IMG/VR virus record: IMGVR_UViG_3300025617_000018
Span: 287-64,286 of that record
DNA from: a virus
Lineage: Duplodnaviria > Caudoviricetes
Length of the DNA: 64,000 nucleotides
Direction: 5' to 3' (one strand)
The notes under the pieces were generated by a model, which was not told the DNA's origin, ran no database searches, and worked only from the letters and a program-made list of their open reading frames with translations. Shown piece after piece: positions 1 through 9,556 of the stretch. The position numbers and the translations under genes were made by a program. Positions within the stretch are counted from its first letter, which is position 1; the number at the start of each line of letters is the position of its first letter.

Positions 1-15
1 GATCAAGTTCATCCA

Positions 16-954
16 TTATTTGTCCTTGTAAAAGTCAAAATCTGGATCCTGTATAACAACTCTATCATTTTTATAGAAAACATCTTTGCCTAGTACCCTG
101 GCAATTTTAGCCAATGTTTTTGTATCACTATAATCAACATCATTAACTAGTTCTAAAACCATGTCATGTAGTCGTCTTGCCGGTACAGTTACACTACCTT
201 CCTTGACTCGCTTCATTTTCTTCTTCATTTTCTCCTCGTCTGGAGAATCGCCAAAGTATTTGTGTACTAGATCATCTAACTCGTTGTGGAACTTGTCTTC
301 GTCTTCTGGACTAACATCTTCATTAGTTACGCCCAGTGCTTGATCTAATAGTTTAACAGCAATCTCAGCACCGTTGCCATACATAAGTTTAGCAGCTTTT
401 AGTTTATCTTCGTCGCTCATTTCAGGCCAAGCAGCTCTTAACTCGCTTGCACTCTTGATCTGCATACCACTAAAGTCAAAGTTAATAGTAGGACCGTATG
501 CTATGTAACCCATTTCGTCTGCTGTGTTTAAATCTTTGCCTGTATAGCTTCTGTAATATCTAGGTTCGTTGCCAGGCTTTTTTGTAGCCTTGTCTATTTT
601 CATTTGATCAGGTAAAGGAGTTACATCGCGTTCCTTCTCACTCCTAACGAATACTAATGCAGTATCATCATCGATTAAATGTTTATACGCTGTGGCATTA
701 AATGGAGCTGTATTAACTTGAATAAATCTATCTTCAGGAACACCTGCCATACCTGCAAGTTTTTTCTTTACTTCGAAAGGAAAAGGACGTTCTGCTGTAT
801 CGTTTGTTGCGGCAACATAAACATTTTTTTGACCAAATGTTTTTACTGCCCAGTCGTAAAGACTTTTATGCCCAGGGTGAAAAGGATGAAATCCTCCTGG
901 CATGATTGCTACTACTTTACGGGCTTTTGCTTCAAACAGATGACGAAGTTTCAT
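16..954 (-). CDS. Cytidyltransferase-like (HIGH-motif nucleotidyltransferase) protein
   Basis: GGFHPFHPGH HIGH-type motif near the N-terminus and a KSASELR KMSKS-like segment; start moved to MKLRHLFE (954), just after the upstream stop at 956. Confidence 0.7.
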   Translation of the reverse strand: MKLRHLFEAKARKVVAIMPGGFHPFHPGHKSLYDWAVKTFGQKNVYVAATNDTAERPFPFEVKKKLAGMAGVPEDRFIQVNTAPFNATAYKHLIDDDTALVFVRSEKERDVTPLPDQMKIDKATKKPGNEPRYYRSYTGKDLNTADEMGYIAYGPTINFDFSGMQIKSASELRAAWPEMSDEDKLKAAKLMYGNGAEIAVKLLDQALGVTNEDVSPEDEDKFHNELDDLVHKYFGDSPDEEKMKKKMKRVKEGSVTVPARRLHDMVLELVNDVDYSDTKTLAKIARVLGKDVFYKNDRVVIQDPDFDFYKDK

Positions 955-955
955 T

Positions 956-1285
956 TTAGTATCCACACTCTCTAATAGTGTCCATTTCTTCTTCACTAAT
1001 CATTTCACAGACTTTATCTTCGTCTTCTTGCTCTAGTGTAATATGACTTGGAACTTTAAACTTGTCTGCATACGATTCAAATGCACTTTTGATAATCGGA
1101 CGCATTGTATTTTCAAGGTTTGGATCTTGATCAGCTTTAACACGATCACTGCATTGACACAGCCCTGGGAAATACTGTTTGCGATAAAACTGCGGATCAT
1201 TCTTCATAAACACATATAAATCTTCTGCAAGATCATATGGTAGTTTAACTTCTGTATCTTGATTGTGCAACTCAAATAACTTCAT
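956..1285 (-). CDS. Hypothetical phage protein (possible internal head protein)
   Basis: ORF from MKLFEL (ATG at 1285), abutting the stop of the upstream gene. Confidence 0.6.
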   Translation of the reverse strand: MKLFELHNQDTEVKLPYDLAEDLYVFMKNDPQFYRKQYFPGLCQCSDRVKADQDPNLENTMRPIIKSAFESYADKFKVPSHITLEQEDEDKVCEMISEEEMDTIRECGY

Positions 1286-1286
1286 A

Positions 1287-1856
1287 TCACCATTTCCTAC
1301 AACTCCAATATCGAGCCTTATGACGCGGTCCAGGATTGTCACAGTTGTGTCTTGCTCTAAAACTTCTACGTCTGTCTGGGTTAGATTTTTTAATTCTTGA
1401 TTTCTTATCACCAAAGTTTACTTTTACAACATTACCCTTTGGATTGCGAACATACACTTTAAACTTCTTAACATCGCCTTGCATAGGCTTGCCTAGTTTA
1501 ACTTTACGTCCTTGATATTCTGCTTCGTCTAGATCATCGTCTTCATTAAACCACATTACACCGTAGTCTTCAAAAAAGTCATCATCGTCGTCGTAGGTAA
1601 CTTCGTCTAAGTCTTCGTCTATATCGGTGCTGATTTCAATATCAAAGTCTTCATATCCGCTTTCAAACATATAGTTTGCTAGTCGATCAGCATATTCGTC
1701 TGCTTCTTCTTCACTTAAATGGCGTGGCAATGGAATTTGAACAAGACTAGCACCTTGCTCTGTTTCAAATACTTCGTGTTCTGGAAAGATAGATGTATCT
1801 AAACCTTCGTTTAGTTTTTCGTCTTTTTCCATTACAATATTAATAAAATGTTCCAT
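1287..1856 (-). CDS. Conserved T4-like phage protein with acidic N-terminus and basic C-terminal domain (DUF6321-like)
   Basis: C-terminal EAEYQGRKV...RRSFRARHNC...ARYWSCRKW domain recalled from T4-like phages; TAAATA motif upstream. Confidence 0.6.
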   Translation of the reverse strand: MEHFINIVMEKDEKLNEGLDTSIFPEHEVFETEQGASLVQIPLPRHLSEEEADEYADRLANYMFESGYEDFDIEISTDIDEDLDEVTYDDDDDFFEDYGVMWFNEDDDLDEAEYQGRKVKLGKPMQGDVKKFKVYVRNPKGNVVKVNFGDKKSRIKKSNPDRRRSFRARHNCDNPGPRHKARYWSCRKW

Positions 1857-1882
1857 AATATTACCTTATTAGATATTTACCT

Positions 1883-3742
1883 TTAGTCTATCCACGGTGT
1901 ATCAGTATGCCAAGCACCGTTTACAAATACTGCTGTTGCCAGTCCTCTGTAACGAGGATTAGTATCTAATACAAATGGTGTCCAGTCTAGGTTTTGCTCA
2001 ACTCTCCATTCGCCTGCATCACCTGCGCCTTCGTCCCACCTTCTCCAGTTAGCAATGCTTACATAGTGTTGGTTGGTAGCAGTACCAGTTCCTGGAACAA
2101 GATGTATAACTTGTCCTTCAACACCGTCTGGTAGTAGCCAACTGTCATCGTCGGTGTCCGCAGAGTTTAATACTAGTACTGTTTTAGTTACGTCTAATGT
2201 TGTAGGAGAACCTGTGCTAGTTCCGCCTGTTGTCGTATCAGTGCTGTATGTTACTGTGCCACCAACAGACAAGTTATTAATGCCGGATATAGTAGATCCA
2301 CTAAACAGAACAGTTGAGTTCTGCATATCTATAGTTTTACCATCACCAAAGTCAATAGTGTCTGCGTCAAAGCCAAACTGTGTAGAATCACCTGGTAGTG
2401 CAGGTTGATTATATGTAAATCCTGCACCAGTGACATCACAGTTGAATGTTACACTATTACCTGCCTGGAATATTGTAGTACCGTTATTGAACTCTATTTC
2501 ACCGTAGAAGTCACTAGCAGTATTTGTTTTGCCAAGAATAACATCACCGTCTAATTGTATTGCAGTATCGTTATCTTTGTTACCTAAAATAACATCGCCT
2601 ACACCACTTGCACGACCAATTTCAATTTGTCCGTTGTTTGCACTATCAATGATAACATAATTGTCAGCAGTAATAGTTAAGTTGCCATTAGTAGTTTCTA
2701 GTGAAAGTTCGCCACCTTCTATATCTATACTGCCAAGACCTGTATGTCTAATAGTGATACTACCTGGGGAAGTTGTAGATTCTATTAATACATCGCCTTT
2801 TCTAATATCGTTAGTTATATCACCGTCTAATACACTAGTAGGAACAACACCGTTTACACCATCTACTAATAGTGTTGAGTCATCTGCAAATACACTACCT
2901 GTAATATCACCATCTACCTTAAGGCCGATAACAGCTGCACCACTTACATCTAAACTACCAGTAAGTGTAGTACTACCGTTGATAAAAACATCTGCACCTG
3001 ATAATGTAAGATTGTCAGCGGCAGTTACATTAACATCGTCTGTGCTTGAAAGTGTTAAATCTTGAGTTGCACCAACTGTGACTACATTGCCAATATCTGT
3101 AATACTTAACAATGTTTTGTAATTAAATTGATTTACTTGAATAGGTCCTACAAGTTTACCATTTACAGCGTCGACTAATAGAGTTGAATCGTCTGCAAAC
3201 ACCGAACCGACAATATCTCCTACAACATTACCTGTTACATTACCTGTTACATTACCTGTTACATTACCTGTGACATTACCTGTGACATTTGCTTGTACAG
3301 GTCCTACAATCTTACCATTTTGTGCATCTACTAACAATGTACTGTCTGTAGCATATACATCGCCTGTAAGTGTACCAGTTAACGCACCTGAAGAAGTAGC
3401 AGCAATAGTTGCATCTAAGTCTGTTTGTGTAGGAATTTTAACACCGCTAAACTCTAGTTCACCATCTTGGTTAACACTAATATTTGTATTGCCAAGATGA
3501 ATAGTGTTACCGCTGAGATAAATGTCTCTAAAACGATTTACTGCATTACCAATATCGTATGTTTCTGTAGCGGCAGGAATAATATTTCTGTTTACGGAAG
3601 AAAAGTTACTTGCTATGCCAAACAAGTCATCAAAGTTTTGATTAATTTTGTCAAACGCATCACGTATAGGTTCACCGCCGGTAGATCCTACATCTGTGCC
3701 TATATCTATTGGTCTATCGTTTGTTCTGTTATTAGTTGCCAT
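1883..3742 (-). CDS. Tail fibre / baseplate-associated structural protein
   Basis: N-terminal GEPIRDAFDKINQNF module, GNVT repeats, repeated GSVFADDSTLLVD motif. Confidence 0.7.
   Translation of the reverse strand: MATNNRTNDRPIDIGTDVGSTGGEPIRDAFDKINQNFDDLFGIASNFSSVNRNIIPAATETYDIGNAVNRFRDIYLSGNTIHLGNTNISVNQDGELEFSGVKIPTQTDLDATIAATSSGALTGTLTGDVYATDSTLLVDAQNGKIVGPVQANVTGNVTGNVTGNVTGNVTGNVVGDIVGSVFADDSTLLVDAVNGKLVGPIQVNQFNYKTLLSITDIGNVVTVGATQDLTLSSTDDVNVTAADNLTLSGADVFINGSTTLTGSLDVSGAAVIGLKVDGDITGSVFADDSTLLVDGVNGVVPTSVLDGDITNDIRKGDVLIESTTSPGSITIRHTGLGSIDIEGGELSLETTNGNLTITADNYVIIDSANNGQIEIGRASGVGDVILGNKDNDTAIQLDGDVILGKTNTASDFYGEIEFNNGTTIFQAGNSVTFNCDVTGAGFTYNQPALPGDSTQFGFDADTIDFGDGKTIDMQNSTVLFSGSTISGINNLSVGGTVTYSTDTTTGGTSTGSPTTLDVTKTVLVLNSADTDDDSWLLPDGVEGQVIHLVPGTGTATNQHYVSIANWRRWDEGAGDAGEWRVEQNLDWTPFVLDTNPRYRGLATAVFVNGAWHTDTPWID
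3226..3289. repeat. 12-bp tandem repeat (ACATTACCTGTK) encoding GNVT repeats
   Basis: About five copies visible in the DNA; GNVT repeated in the protein. Confidence 0.85.
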
Positions 3743-3753
3743 CTACACAGTCC

Positions 3754-4164
3754 TTAATGATTCAGTAAAACTGAATTAACTGTGCCAGCAGTCCAGTCAA
3801 ATATTCTTGCTCTAACCCAAACAAAGTTACCTTTAAAATTATAACTTTCTATAACGGTACTGTTGGTATATTCTCTTTTTGTAAGGCTACCTTGTACAGT
3901 AACTCTTCCTGTAGTGGTTACAAAAAAGTCACCGCTTACTATTTCAAAAGGAATATCTACCCAATCTTCATCCACAGGATCAACTGCAAGAGAACCTTGA
4001 ACACTAACGCTACCTGTAAAATTATCAAGATTCCACGCAACAGTATGGAACCCATCTGCTCTTCCGTAAAATCCGTCACCTTTCAACTTATCTCCGATAA
4101 GAAGTGTGGTGCTGTCCCCTGGGTGCGTGTTTGCACTTAATAAAATTTGACTATTTGCTGGCAT
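3754..4164 (-). CDS. Hypothetical virion protein
   Basis: ORF from MPANSQILL, 5 nt downstream of a TAAATA motif. Confidence 0.6.
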   Translation of the reverse strand: MPANSQILLSANTHPGDSTTLLIGDKLKGDGFYGRADGFHTVAWNLDNFTGSVSVQGSLAVDPVDEDWVDIPFEIVSGDFFVTTTGRVTVQGSLTKREYTNSTVIESYNFKGNFVWVRARIFDWTAGTVNSVLLNH

Positions 4165-4168
4165 AATG

Positions 4169-4828
4169 TTATTTATCAATATTTGATGGACAAACAACTT
4201 CGTCAATTCTACGTATGCCAGTGCCTATAAGTAGTTCGACTAACGTAAGAACTTTTTCGTCTCTAACATAAAAGTATCTTCCACTAATATCACCGCCATA
4301 TTGTATTGTAGATAATACGGTGTTGCCTATTTTAATTTTATCTAAATTATTTTCACACCAATTTGCAAAATCACGATTACACGATCTTAGTGTAACTCTG
4401 TATTTCATGTCTGGAACTTCAACTACAACTTGATTTTTATCAAGTTTCTCTACATATTCTGCAGGACTCCAAAACTCTACAGGATGATTTACATTTTTTT
4501 GTAAAGACTTTAACCAATTTTTGTCATTGCTGTAGATGTTTAAAAAGTTCATTTCCACTCTTAGAGTGAAGTCTTTTTGTCTAGTAAACTCTCTTAGCAG
4601 ATATTTTCCGTCTTCAAAGTCTTCGTAAGGTATATTTCTACCCCAATATAATCGACGGGGCATAGTAAGTGTTCTTGCCCCTTGGTCTACTTGATATTGT
4701 AAACTGTCAAGTTCTCTGCGAGCAAAATCTAAGCCAACATTTCTAAAGATAGAAGCAATCGTAGAATATGCTACAAGTTTATACTTGTATTTGTCATAAA
4801 ATAATTTACGAGCAGTTTCAAGCCTCAA
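4169..4828 (-). CDS. Hypothetical protein
   Basis: 219-aa ORF whose start overlaps the clpA end. Confidence 0.6.
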   Translation of the reverse strand: MRLETARKLFYDKYKYKLVAYSTIASIFRNVGLDFARRELDSLQYQVDQGARTLTMPRRLYWGRNIPYEDFEDGKYLLREFTRQKDFTLRVEMNFLNIYSNDKNWLKSLQKNVNHPVEFWSPAEYVEKLDKNQVVVEVPDMKYRVTLRSCNRDFANWCENNLDKIKIGNTVLSTIQYGGDISGRYFYVRDEKVLTLVELLIGTGIRRIDEVVCPSNIDK

Positions 4829-7058
4829 CTTCTAGTTCCTTACTTTCTACTTCTACAACAAACTTATCTTCTACAAAGTCAATCTTACATTCACCGCCGT
4901 TCTTAAGATCACCAAACAACATTTGTCTACTTAATGGACGTTTGATTTCGGAGTCGATTACACGTTGTAAAGGTCTAGCACCCATTTTACGATCAAAACC
5001 TTTGTCAATTAATGCGTCGAGTGCTGTATCTGTAATTTCAATCTTAATACCTTTAGGTTCAACCATGTCTTTGAGCTCAACAAGGAACTTGCCAACAATC
5101 TTGTACATAACTTCTTTGGTAAGTTTACCGAATGTAATCACGCCGTCAAGTCTGTTACGGAACTCGGGAGCAAAGAACTTCTTAAGATCAGTGTCTTCGT
5201 AGTCTTTTTCAAAGTCGTCGTTAAATCCAATGGCGTTTTTCTCTGCATCTTTAGCACCTAAGTTAGTTGTAAGGATTAACACAGCATTTCTTGCATCCGC
5301 AGTCTTACCATTGCTTCCACTAATAAAGCCGTTATCCATAATTTGTAATAGTATCTGTGACACATCAGGATGTGCTTTTTCAATTTCGTCTAATAACAAT
5401 ACACAGTTAGGATTTTCTTGAAGTTTTGTAATAAGAACACCTGCGTTATCTTCATAACCTACATATCCTGGAGGACTACCGATAAGTTTTGCTACACTGT
5501 GCTTTTCTTGATATTCTGACATATCAAATCGTACTAACTCTACGCCTAATTGAGTAGCAAGTTGTTTAGCAGTTTCAGTTTTACCTGTACCAGTTGGGCC
5601 CATGAATACAAAACTACCAATAGGCTTGTCGTCCGGCTTAAGTCCTGCCTGTGCAACAAGAATTTTATCAACAATACTTTCAATTGCTTCATCTTGACCG
5701 TATACACTTGCTTTTAAATTTTCTTCTAGATTTGCAAGATTGTCATTTTCTTTTTCTGCAACACGATCTTCCGGAATGTTAACCATTTTAGCAAGTTCAA
5801 ATTGAATTTCTTCTTCACCTACTACTTTGTTTTCTTCTTGGTTATTAAGTTTAAAACGACTACATGCAACATCAATCAAATCGATTGCTTTGTCTGGAAG
5901 TTTCTTATCACTTTGATACTTTACAGATAGTTTAACAGCAGCTTCAATTGCTTCGTCTGTAATAGTAGTTGCGTGATAGTCTTCGTAGTATTTTTTAATG
6001 CCTTGTAAGATGTCTTTTGCTACTGCCGGAGTAGGCTCGTCGATGGTCACACGTTGGAATCGACGCATAAGGGCACGGTCTTTTTCGAAGAACTTACGAT
6101 ATTCTTCCCAGGTAGTATTAGCAATAACTTTTAAATTGCCCTTTGCTAAAGCAGGCTTCAACATATTAGCCAAGTCGTTGCTGTCATTCTTGCCACCTGC
6201 ACCTGCGCCACTCATCATATGTGCTTCATCAATAAAACAAATAGTTTTGTCTTTTTTAACCAATGCCTCAAGCACGAGTTTTAGGCGTTCTTCAAAATCT
6301 CCGCGATACTTTGAACCAGCAAGCATGCCGCTAATGTCTAGATTATAAACTTCATAACCTTTTAAGAAGTTTGGAACATTATCGTTTACAATGTTCCATG
6401 CAAGACCTTCTGCAATAGCAGTTTTACCTACACCTGGATCGCCCACCATCAATACGTTATTCTTGGTTCTCCGCCCAAGAATAAGAGCAATTTGATCTAA
6501 TTCTTCTGCACGGCCAATAACAGGATCAATTTTACCTTTGTTTACTTGTTTGTTTAAGTTTTCGGTATAAGAGCTAAGTGCTTTTGCAGCTTCTGAACTT
6601 ATTTTGTCATCTTCTTCGTCTTCGAACACTTCAGAATTAATATATTCAGCAAAACTAATTTTTTCTACGCCGCCTTTTTCTAAGAAATATGTACTGATAC
6701 TTTTTGTTTCGTTAATCGAACTTAATAAAATATCAGTTAGTTCAATATTAGTACGGCCCGCAAATAAAACTTGTGTAAAAGCACGGTTGAGTACACGTTC
6801 TACAGTTTGTGTTTTTTTAGGTTTAAATTTTTCGTCTTCTATATAGAGTTCTTCGCAGTTATTTTTAAGATGATGCTCTAAATTGCTTTTAATATAAGAT
6901 ACATCAGCACCGTAACCTTCTAGCATTGAATAAAATTTATCTTCACATAACATTGCAAATAGAAGATGTTCGAGAGTAACATATTCGTGTTTTAATTTTT
7001 TTGCATCTTTAACTGCTTTATCAAATACTAATTTTAACTCTTCTGATGGCTCTACCAT
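4818..7058 (-). CDS. clpA: ClpA-like ATP-dependent Clp protease ATP-binding subunit
   Basis: Clp N domain (HEYVTLEHLL), Walker A motifs GDPGVGKT and GPTGTGKT, KYRGDFEERLK, LPDKAIDL, GARPL; no ClpB-type M domain. Confidence 0.95.
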   Translation of the reverse strand: MVEPSEELKLVFDKAVKDAKKLKHEYVTLEHLLFAMLCEDKFYSMLEGYGADVSYIKSNLEHHLKNNCEELYIEDEKFKPKKTQTVERVLNRAFTQVLFAGRTNIELTDILLSSINETKSISTYFLEKGGVEKISFAEYINSEVFEDEEDDKISSEAAKALSSYTENLNKQVNKGKIDPVIGRAEELDQIALILGRRTKNNVLMVGDPGVGKTAIAEGLAWNIVNDNVPNFLKGYEVYNLDISGMLAGSKYRGDFEERLKLVLEALVKKDKTICFIDEAHMMSGAGAGGKNDSNDLANMLKPALAKGNLKVIANTTWEEYRKFFEKDRALMRRFQRVTIDEPTPAVAKDILQGIKKYYEDYHATTITDEAIEAAVKLSVKYQSDKKLPDKAIDLIDVACSRFKLNNQEENKVVGEEEIQFELAKMVNIPEDRVAEKENDNLANLEENLKASVYGQDEAIESIVDKILVAQAGLKPDDKPIGSFVFMGPTGTGKTETAKQLATQLGVELVRFDMSEYQEKHSVAKLIGSPPGYVGYEDNAGVLITKLQENPNCVLLLDEIEKAHPDVSQILLQIMDNGFISGSNGKTADARNAVLILTTNLGAKDAEKNAIGFNDDFEKDYEDTDLKKFFAPEFRNRLDGVITFGKLTKEVMYKIVGKFLVELKDMVEPKGIKIEITDTALDALIDKGFDRKMGARPLQRVIDSEIKRPLSRQMLFGDLKNGGECKIDFVEDKFVVEVESKELEVEA

Positions 7059-7093
7059 AGAAAATATGCTCCTGTTGTTTAATATATTTACAC

Positions 7094-7122
7094 ATTATAC
7101 TGTTTATTTTAATAAATGTCAA
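7094..7122 (-). promoter_or_regulatory. Sigma70-type promoter for clpA
   Basis: TTGACA-17 nt-TATAAT, perfect consensus. Confidence 0.85.
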
Positions 7123-7131
7123 ATAAAACGG

Positions 7132-7938
7132 TTATGACATTTCGTCTTTAAGTTCTTGAATTTTTTGAATTAATCGTGAATCTGTAATATTAGGAATGTC
7201 TGGTATTATTTCTAAGTAAAGATTTCCTTTTCTACCAGTACGCCTATCAGGTAACCCTTGTCCTGCTAGATTTAAAACACTGTTAGATTTCATTCCTTTA
7301 GGAATATTTACATTTAGTTTCTTTTTGTCCAGTGTTTTAATTTCATGTTGCCCTCCTAGCATCATAGTAAAAACATTTATTTTTTCTTGTAGATAAAGAT
7401 GCGCTCCGTCTTTTCTAAATCTAGGATGCGTGTTTATTCTTATTTTTACAAACAAATCCCCGCGATGACCAGGAATAGCATCTCCTCCTAGTCCTTGAAA
7501 CCGGATAGTATCACCGTCTTGTGCTCCTATAGGAATATTAATATCTACACTATTTTCAAAACCTGTAGGAAGTTGATATGTAATAATCATATTTTTACCA
7601 ATTATCACATCTTCCAAGTTTATATTAACTGCTAGAGTAATATCTTGACTGCGTTGTTGTCTTCTAAAACCTTGACCAAAAAACGTATCAAAAATTGGAT
7701 CTCTAGGATCAAATCCATTCATATTACTAGTGTTAAATTGAAATCTAGATTGTGGATTATCGTATTCTTGCTTTTTTTGTGCATCGCTAAGAGTAGCATA
7801 TGCTTCGTTAAGTTCTTTAAACTTCTTTTCGTCACCGCCGCGATCAGGATGATGCTTCATAGAAAGTTTTCTAAAAGCTTTTTTAATATCATCTTGACTT
7901 GCGTTACGATCTACGCCTAGAGTAGAATAATAGTCCAT
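7132..7938 (-). CDS. dnaJ: DnaJ/CbpA-like class B J-domain protein
   Basis: J domain with HPD motif (KHHPDRGG), DnaJ C-terminal domain, no zinc finger. Confidence 0.9.
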   Translation of the reverse strand: MDYYSTLGVDRNASQDDIKKAFRKLSMKHHPDRGGDEKKFKELNEAYATLSDAQKKQEYDNPQSRFQFNTSNMNGFDPRDPIFDTFFGQGFRRQQRSQDITLAVNINLEDVIIGKNMIITYQLPTGFENSVDINIPIGAQDGDTIRFQGLGGDAIPGHRGDLFVKIRINTHPRFRKDGAHLYLQEKINVFTMMLGGQHEIKTLDKKKLNVNIPKGMKSNSVLNLAGQGLPDRRTGRKGNLYLEIIPDIPNITDSRLIQKIQELKDEMS

Positions 7939-7965
7939 ACTGTACTTATCGCATGGACTATTATT
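7926..7965 (-). promoter_or_regulatory. 13-bp inverted repeat covering the dnaJ start codon, with a late-promoter-like GATAAGTA in the loop
   Basis: Minus strand reads AATAATAGTCCAT-GCGATAAGTACAGT-ATGGACTATTATT. Confidence 0.7.
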
Positions 7966-7980
7966 AAGAAGTGTTAGTGA

Positions 7981-8328
7981 TTACTTCTTGCCGCCTTTTT
8001 GCGCAATAGCATCGGCACCAAAGAATGCAGATACCAAAACAGCAATAGAAGCAAAGTATGTTGGTGCAATATCAGCAATTAGATTTGCTGCCTTGTCTAG
8101 CCCGAACGCACTTGTTAGGAAAATACCAATTGGATATAGTAAAAGTCCGAACAGCGAAAACCAAGCCATCTTACGAATAGCATCACGCTGTGCATCTTTG
8201 TCTTCTAATTCTTTACGCTTAAATTCTAGATGCATGTCATATTCTTCTGCTGAAATGTGTCCGTCACCATTTGCGTCCATTCCTTCAACTGCTGCTGCAT
8301 CAATTGTTTTCTTATCATCTGCCATCAC
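7981..8328 (-). CDS. Holin-like 2-TM membrane protein with N-terminal EF-hand
   Basis: DANGDGHISAEE loop, two hydrophobic helices, basic C-terminus; next to lysis genes. Confidence 0.6.
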   Translation of the reverse strand: MMADDKKTIDAAAVEGMDANGDGHISAEEYDMHLEFKRKELEDKDAQRDAIRKMAWFSLFGLLLYPIGIFLTSAFGLDKAANLIADIAPTYFASIAVLVSAFFGADAIAQKGGKK

Positions 8329-8606
8329 TTATTCCCCTCTAGTTTAGCAATGCGAGCTTCTAACTCGTCTATTTTTTTAGTTACTTTAGGATATCTTTTG
8401 CGCCATGCGCTAGGATCATCCTGTAACCAGTCCCATCCAAATTTGTCAACGAGTGAATCTAAAAATAAATCAAACTTTGACATTAAGTATAGTGCCGCGT
8501 GTGTATTTCTAAACCACGCTAAAAATGCTGCCCCAAGCAGCGACCCAGCAACAGCAGTCCATATCCATAGTGTGTCGCCAAACATTCTGTCAATCATTTC
8601 TATCAT
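8325..8606 (-). CDS. Small membrane protein (1 TM plus coiled coil), possibly lysis-associated
   Basis: Hydrophobic N-terminal helix; GAGGGG SD; TAAATA motif upstream. Confidence 0.55.
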   Translation of the reverse strand: MIEMIDRMFGDTLWIWTAVAGSLLGAAFLAWFRNTHAALYLMSKFDLFLDSLVDKFGWDWLQDDPSAWRKRYPKVTKKIDELEARIAKLEGNK

Positions 8607-8631
8607 AACAAACCCTCTTAGTTATGTATAT

Positions 8632-9057
8632 TTATTGATTAAGTGGAGTTTCCGAGACTACAGTATCGTCTGCATTAGGATTTACTGCATCCTCATAGTA
8701 CACAATGATCTGTGTTTGCTGATTAATAAATCTGCGCATATCAGCAATGTTAAGTGCAAGGTTCTCATAGTCTTGCATGCTCAGTGCTACAAATGCAACT
8801 TCGCCATGACGCTGTTTAAACTCCGCCAAGAAGTCGTCTAGAATTTTTGCATTTACTACATAAACTCTTACATCATTGAGTTGGACTGGCTTGGGTCGAC
8901 TCACTGTCGGCACTGTTGTCTTTTCCACTTTGGTTACTACCTTGATCTCCGGCTCCGGGGCTGGGCTGAACAGGCTGCAACCAGTTAGGAAGAGGACGGC
9001 TAGCATCGCCGCCAGTGTCTTCAATGATGCCGCGCCATAATTTTGCTGTAGCGCCAT
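8632..9057 (-). CDS. o-spanin (Rz1-like lipoprotein)
   Basis: Lipobox LTGC after a hydrophobic stretch, Pro-rich segment; overlaps the 3' end of the i-spanin in another frame. Confidence 0.75.
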   Translation of the reverse strand: MALQQNYGAASLKTLAAMLAVLFLTGCSLFSPAPEPEIKVVTKVEKTTVPTVSRPKPVQLNDVRVYVVNAKILDDFLAEFKQRHGEVAFVALSMQDYENLALNIADMRRFINQQTQIIVYYEDAVNPNADDTVVSETPLNQ

Positions 9058-9382
9058 TCATTTTTCCTTCTAGTGTTTTTGCGTCCTTGATTGCGTCTTG
9101 GACTAGATCCATGCGGTTAAGTTTGCCTTGTAGTTCATCACCATAGGCTTCTGCTGCTTGTAGATCTTGTTGTAGTTGTTGATTTAGTTCTTGAAACTTT
9201 TCCATATCTTGTTGAAGTGCTTCAATACTTGCTTCACTTATTTCTACGGCTGTTTCTAGTTTTGCGTTGTTTTCTCGCAGTGTTGCGATTGTTGCTTGTG
9301 TGCTATCATAGTAGTACTTGGCACCGTATGCAAATGTGCCAAGTATGCCCACTATGAATATCATTGCATAGATTTTAAGCAT
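8873..9382 (-). CDS. i-spanin (Rz-like)
   Basis: N-terminal TM followed by a long coiled coil. Confidence 0.75.
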   Translation of the reverse strand: MLKIYAMIFIVGILGTFAYGAKYYYDSTQATIATLRENNAKLETAVEISEASIEALQQDMEKFQELNQQLQQDLQAAEAYGDELQGKLNRMDLVQDAIKDAKTLEGKMNGATAKLWRGIIEDTGGDASRPLPNWLQPVQPSPGAGDQGSNQSGKDNSADSESTQASPTQ

Positions 9383-9556
9383 TTAGTCCTCTTTTTTGTA
9401 GATTGTCCAAATACCGTATGCTACAGCAATACCACCTGCGATCTTAGCAAGGTTAGCAGCAAAGATTGCTAGTAAACCCATAACGATTAAACCAGCACCA
9501 TCCCAAGATGTACGCTCACCTAATCTTGCTTTAACCCATGCCTTTGCAACTTTCAT
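9383..9556 (-). CDS. Small 2-TM membrane protein, holin candidate (57 aa, not in ORF track)
   Basis: Hand translation MKVAKAWVKARLGERTSWDGAGLIVMGLLAIFAANLAKIAGGIAVAYGIWTIYKKED; TAATG coupling to the endolysin stop; fills the gap exactly. Confidence 0.7.
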   Translation of the reverse strand: MKVAKAWVKARLGERTSWDGAGLIVMGLLAIFAANLAKIAGGIAVAYGIWTIYKKED

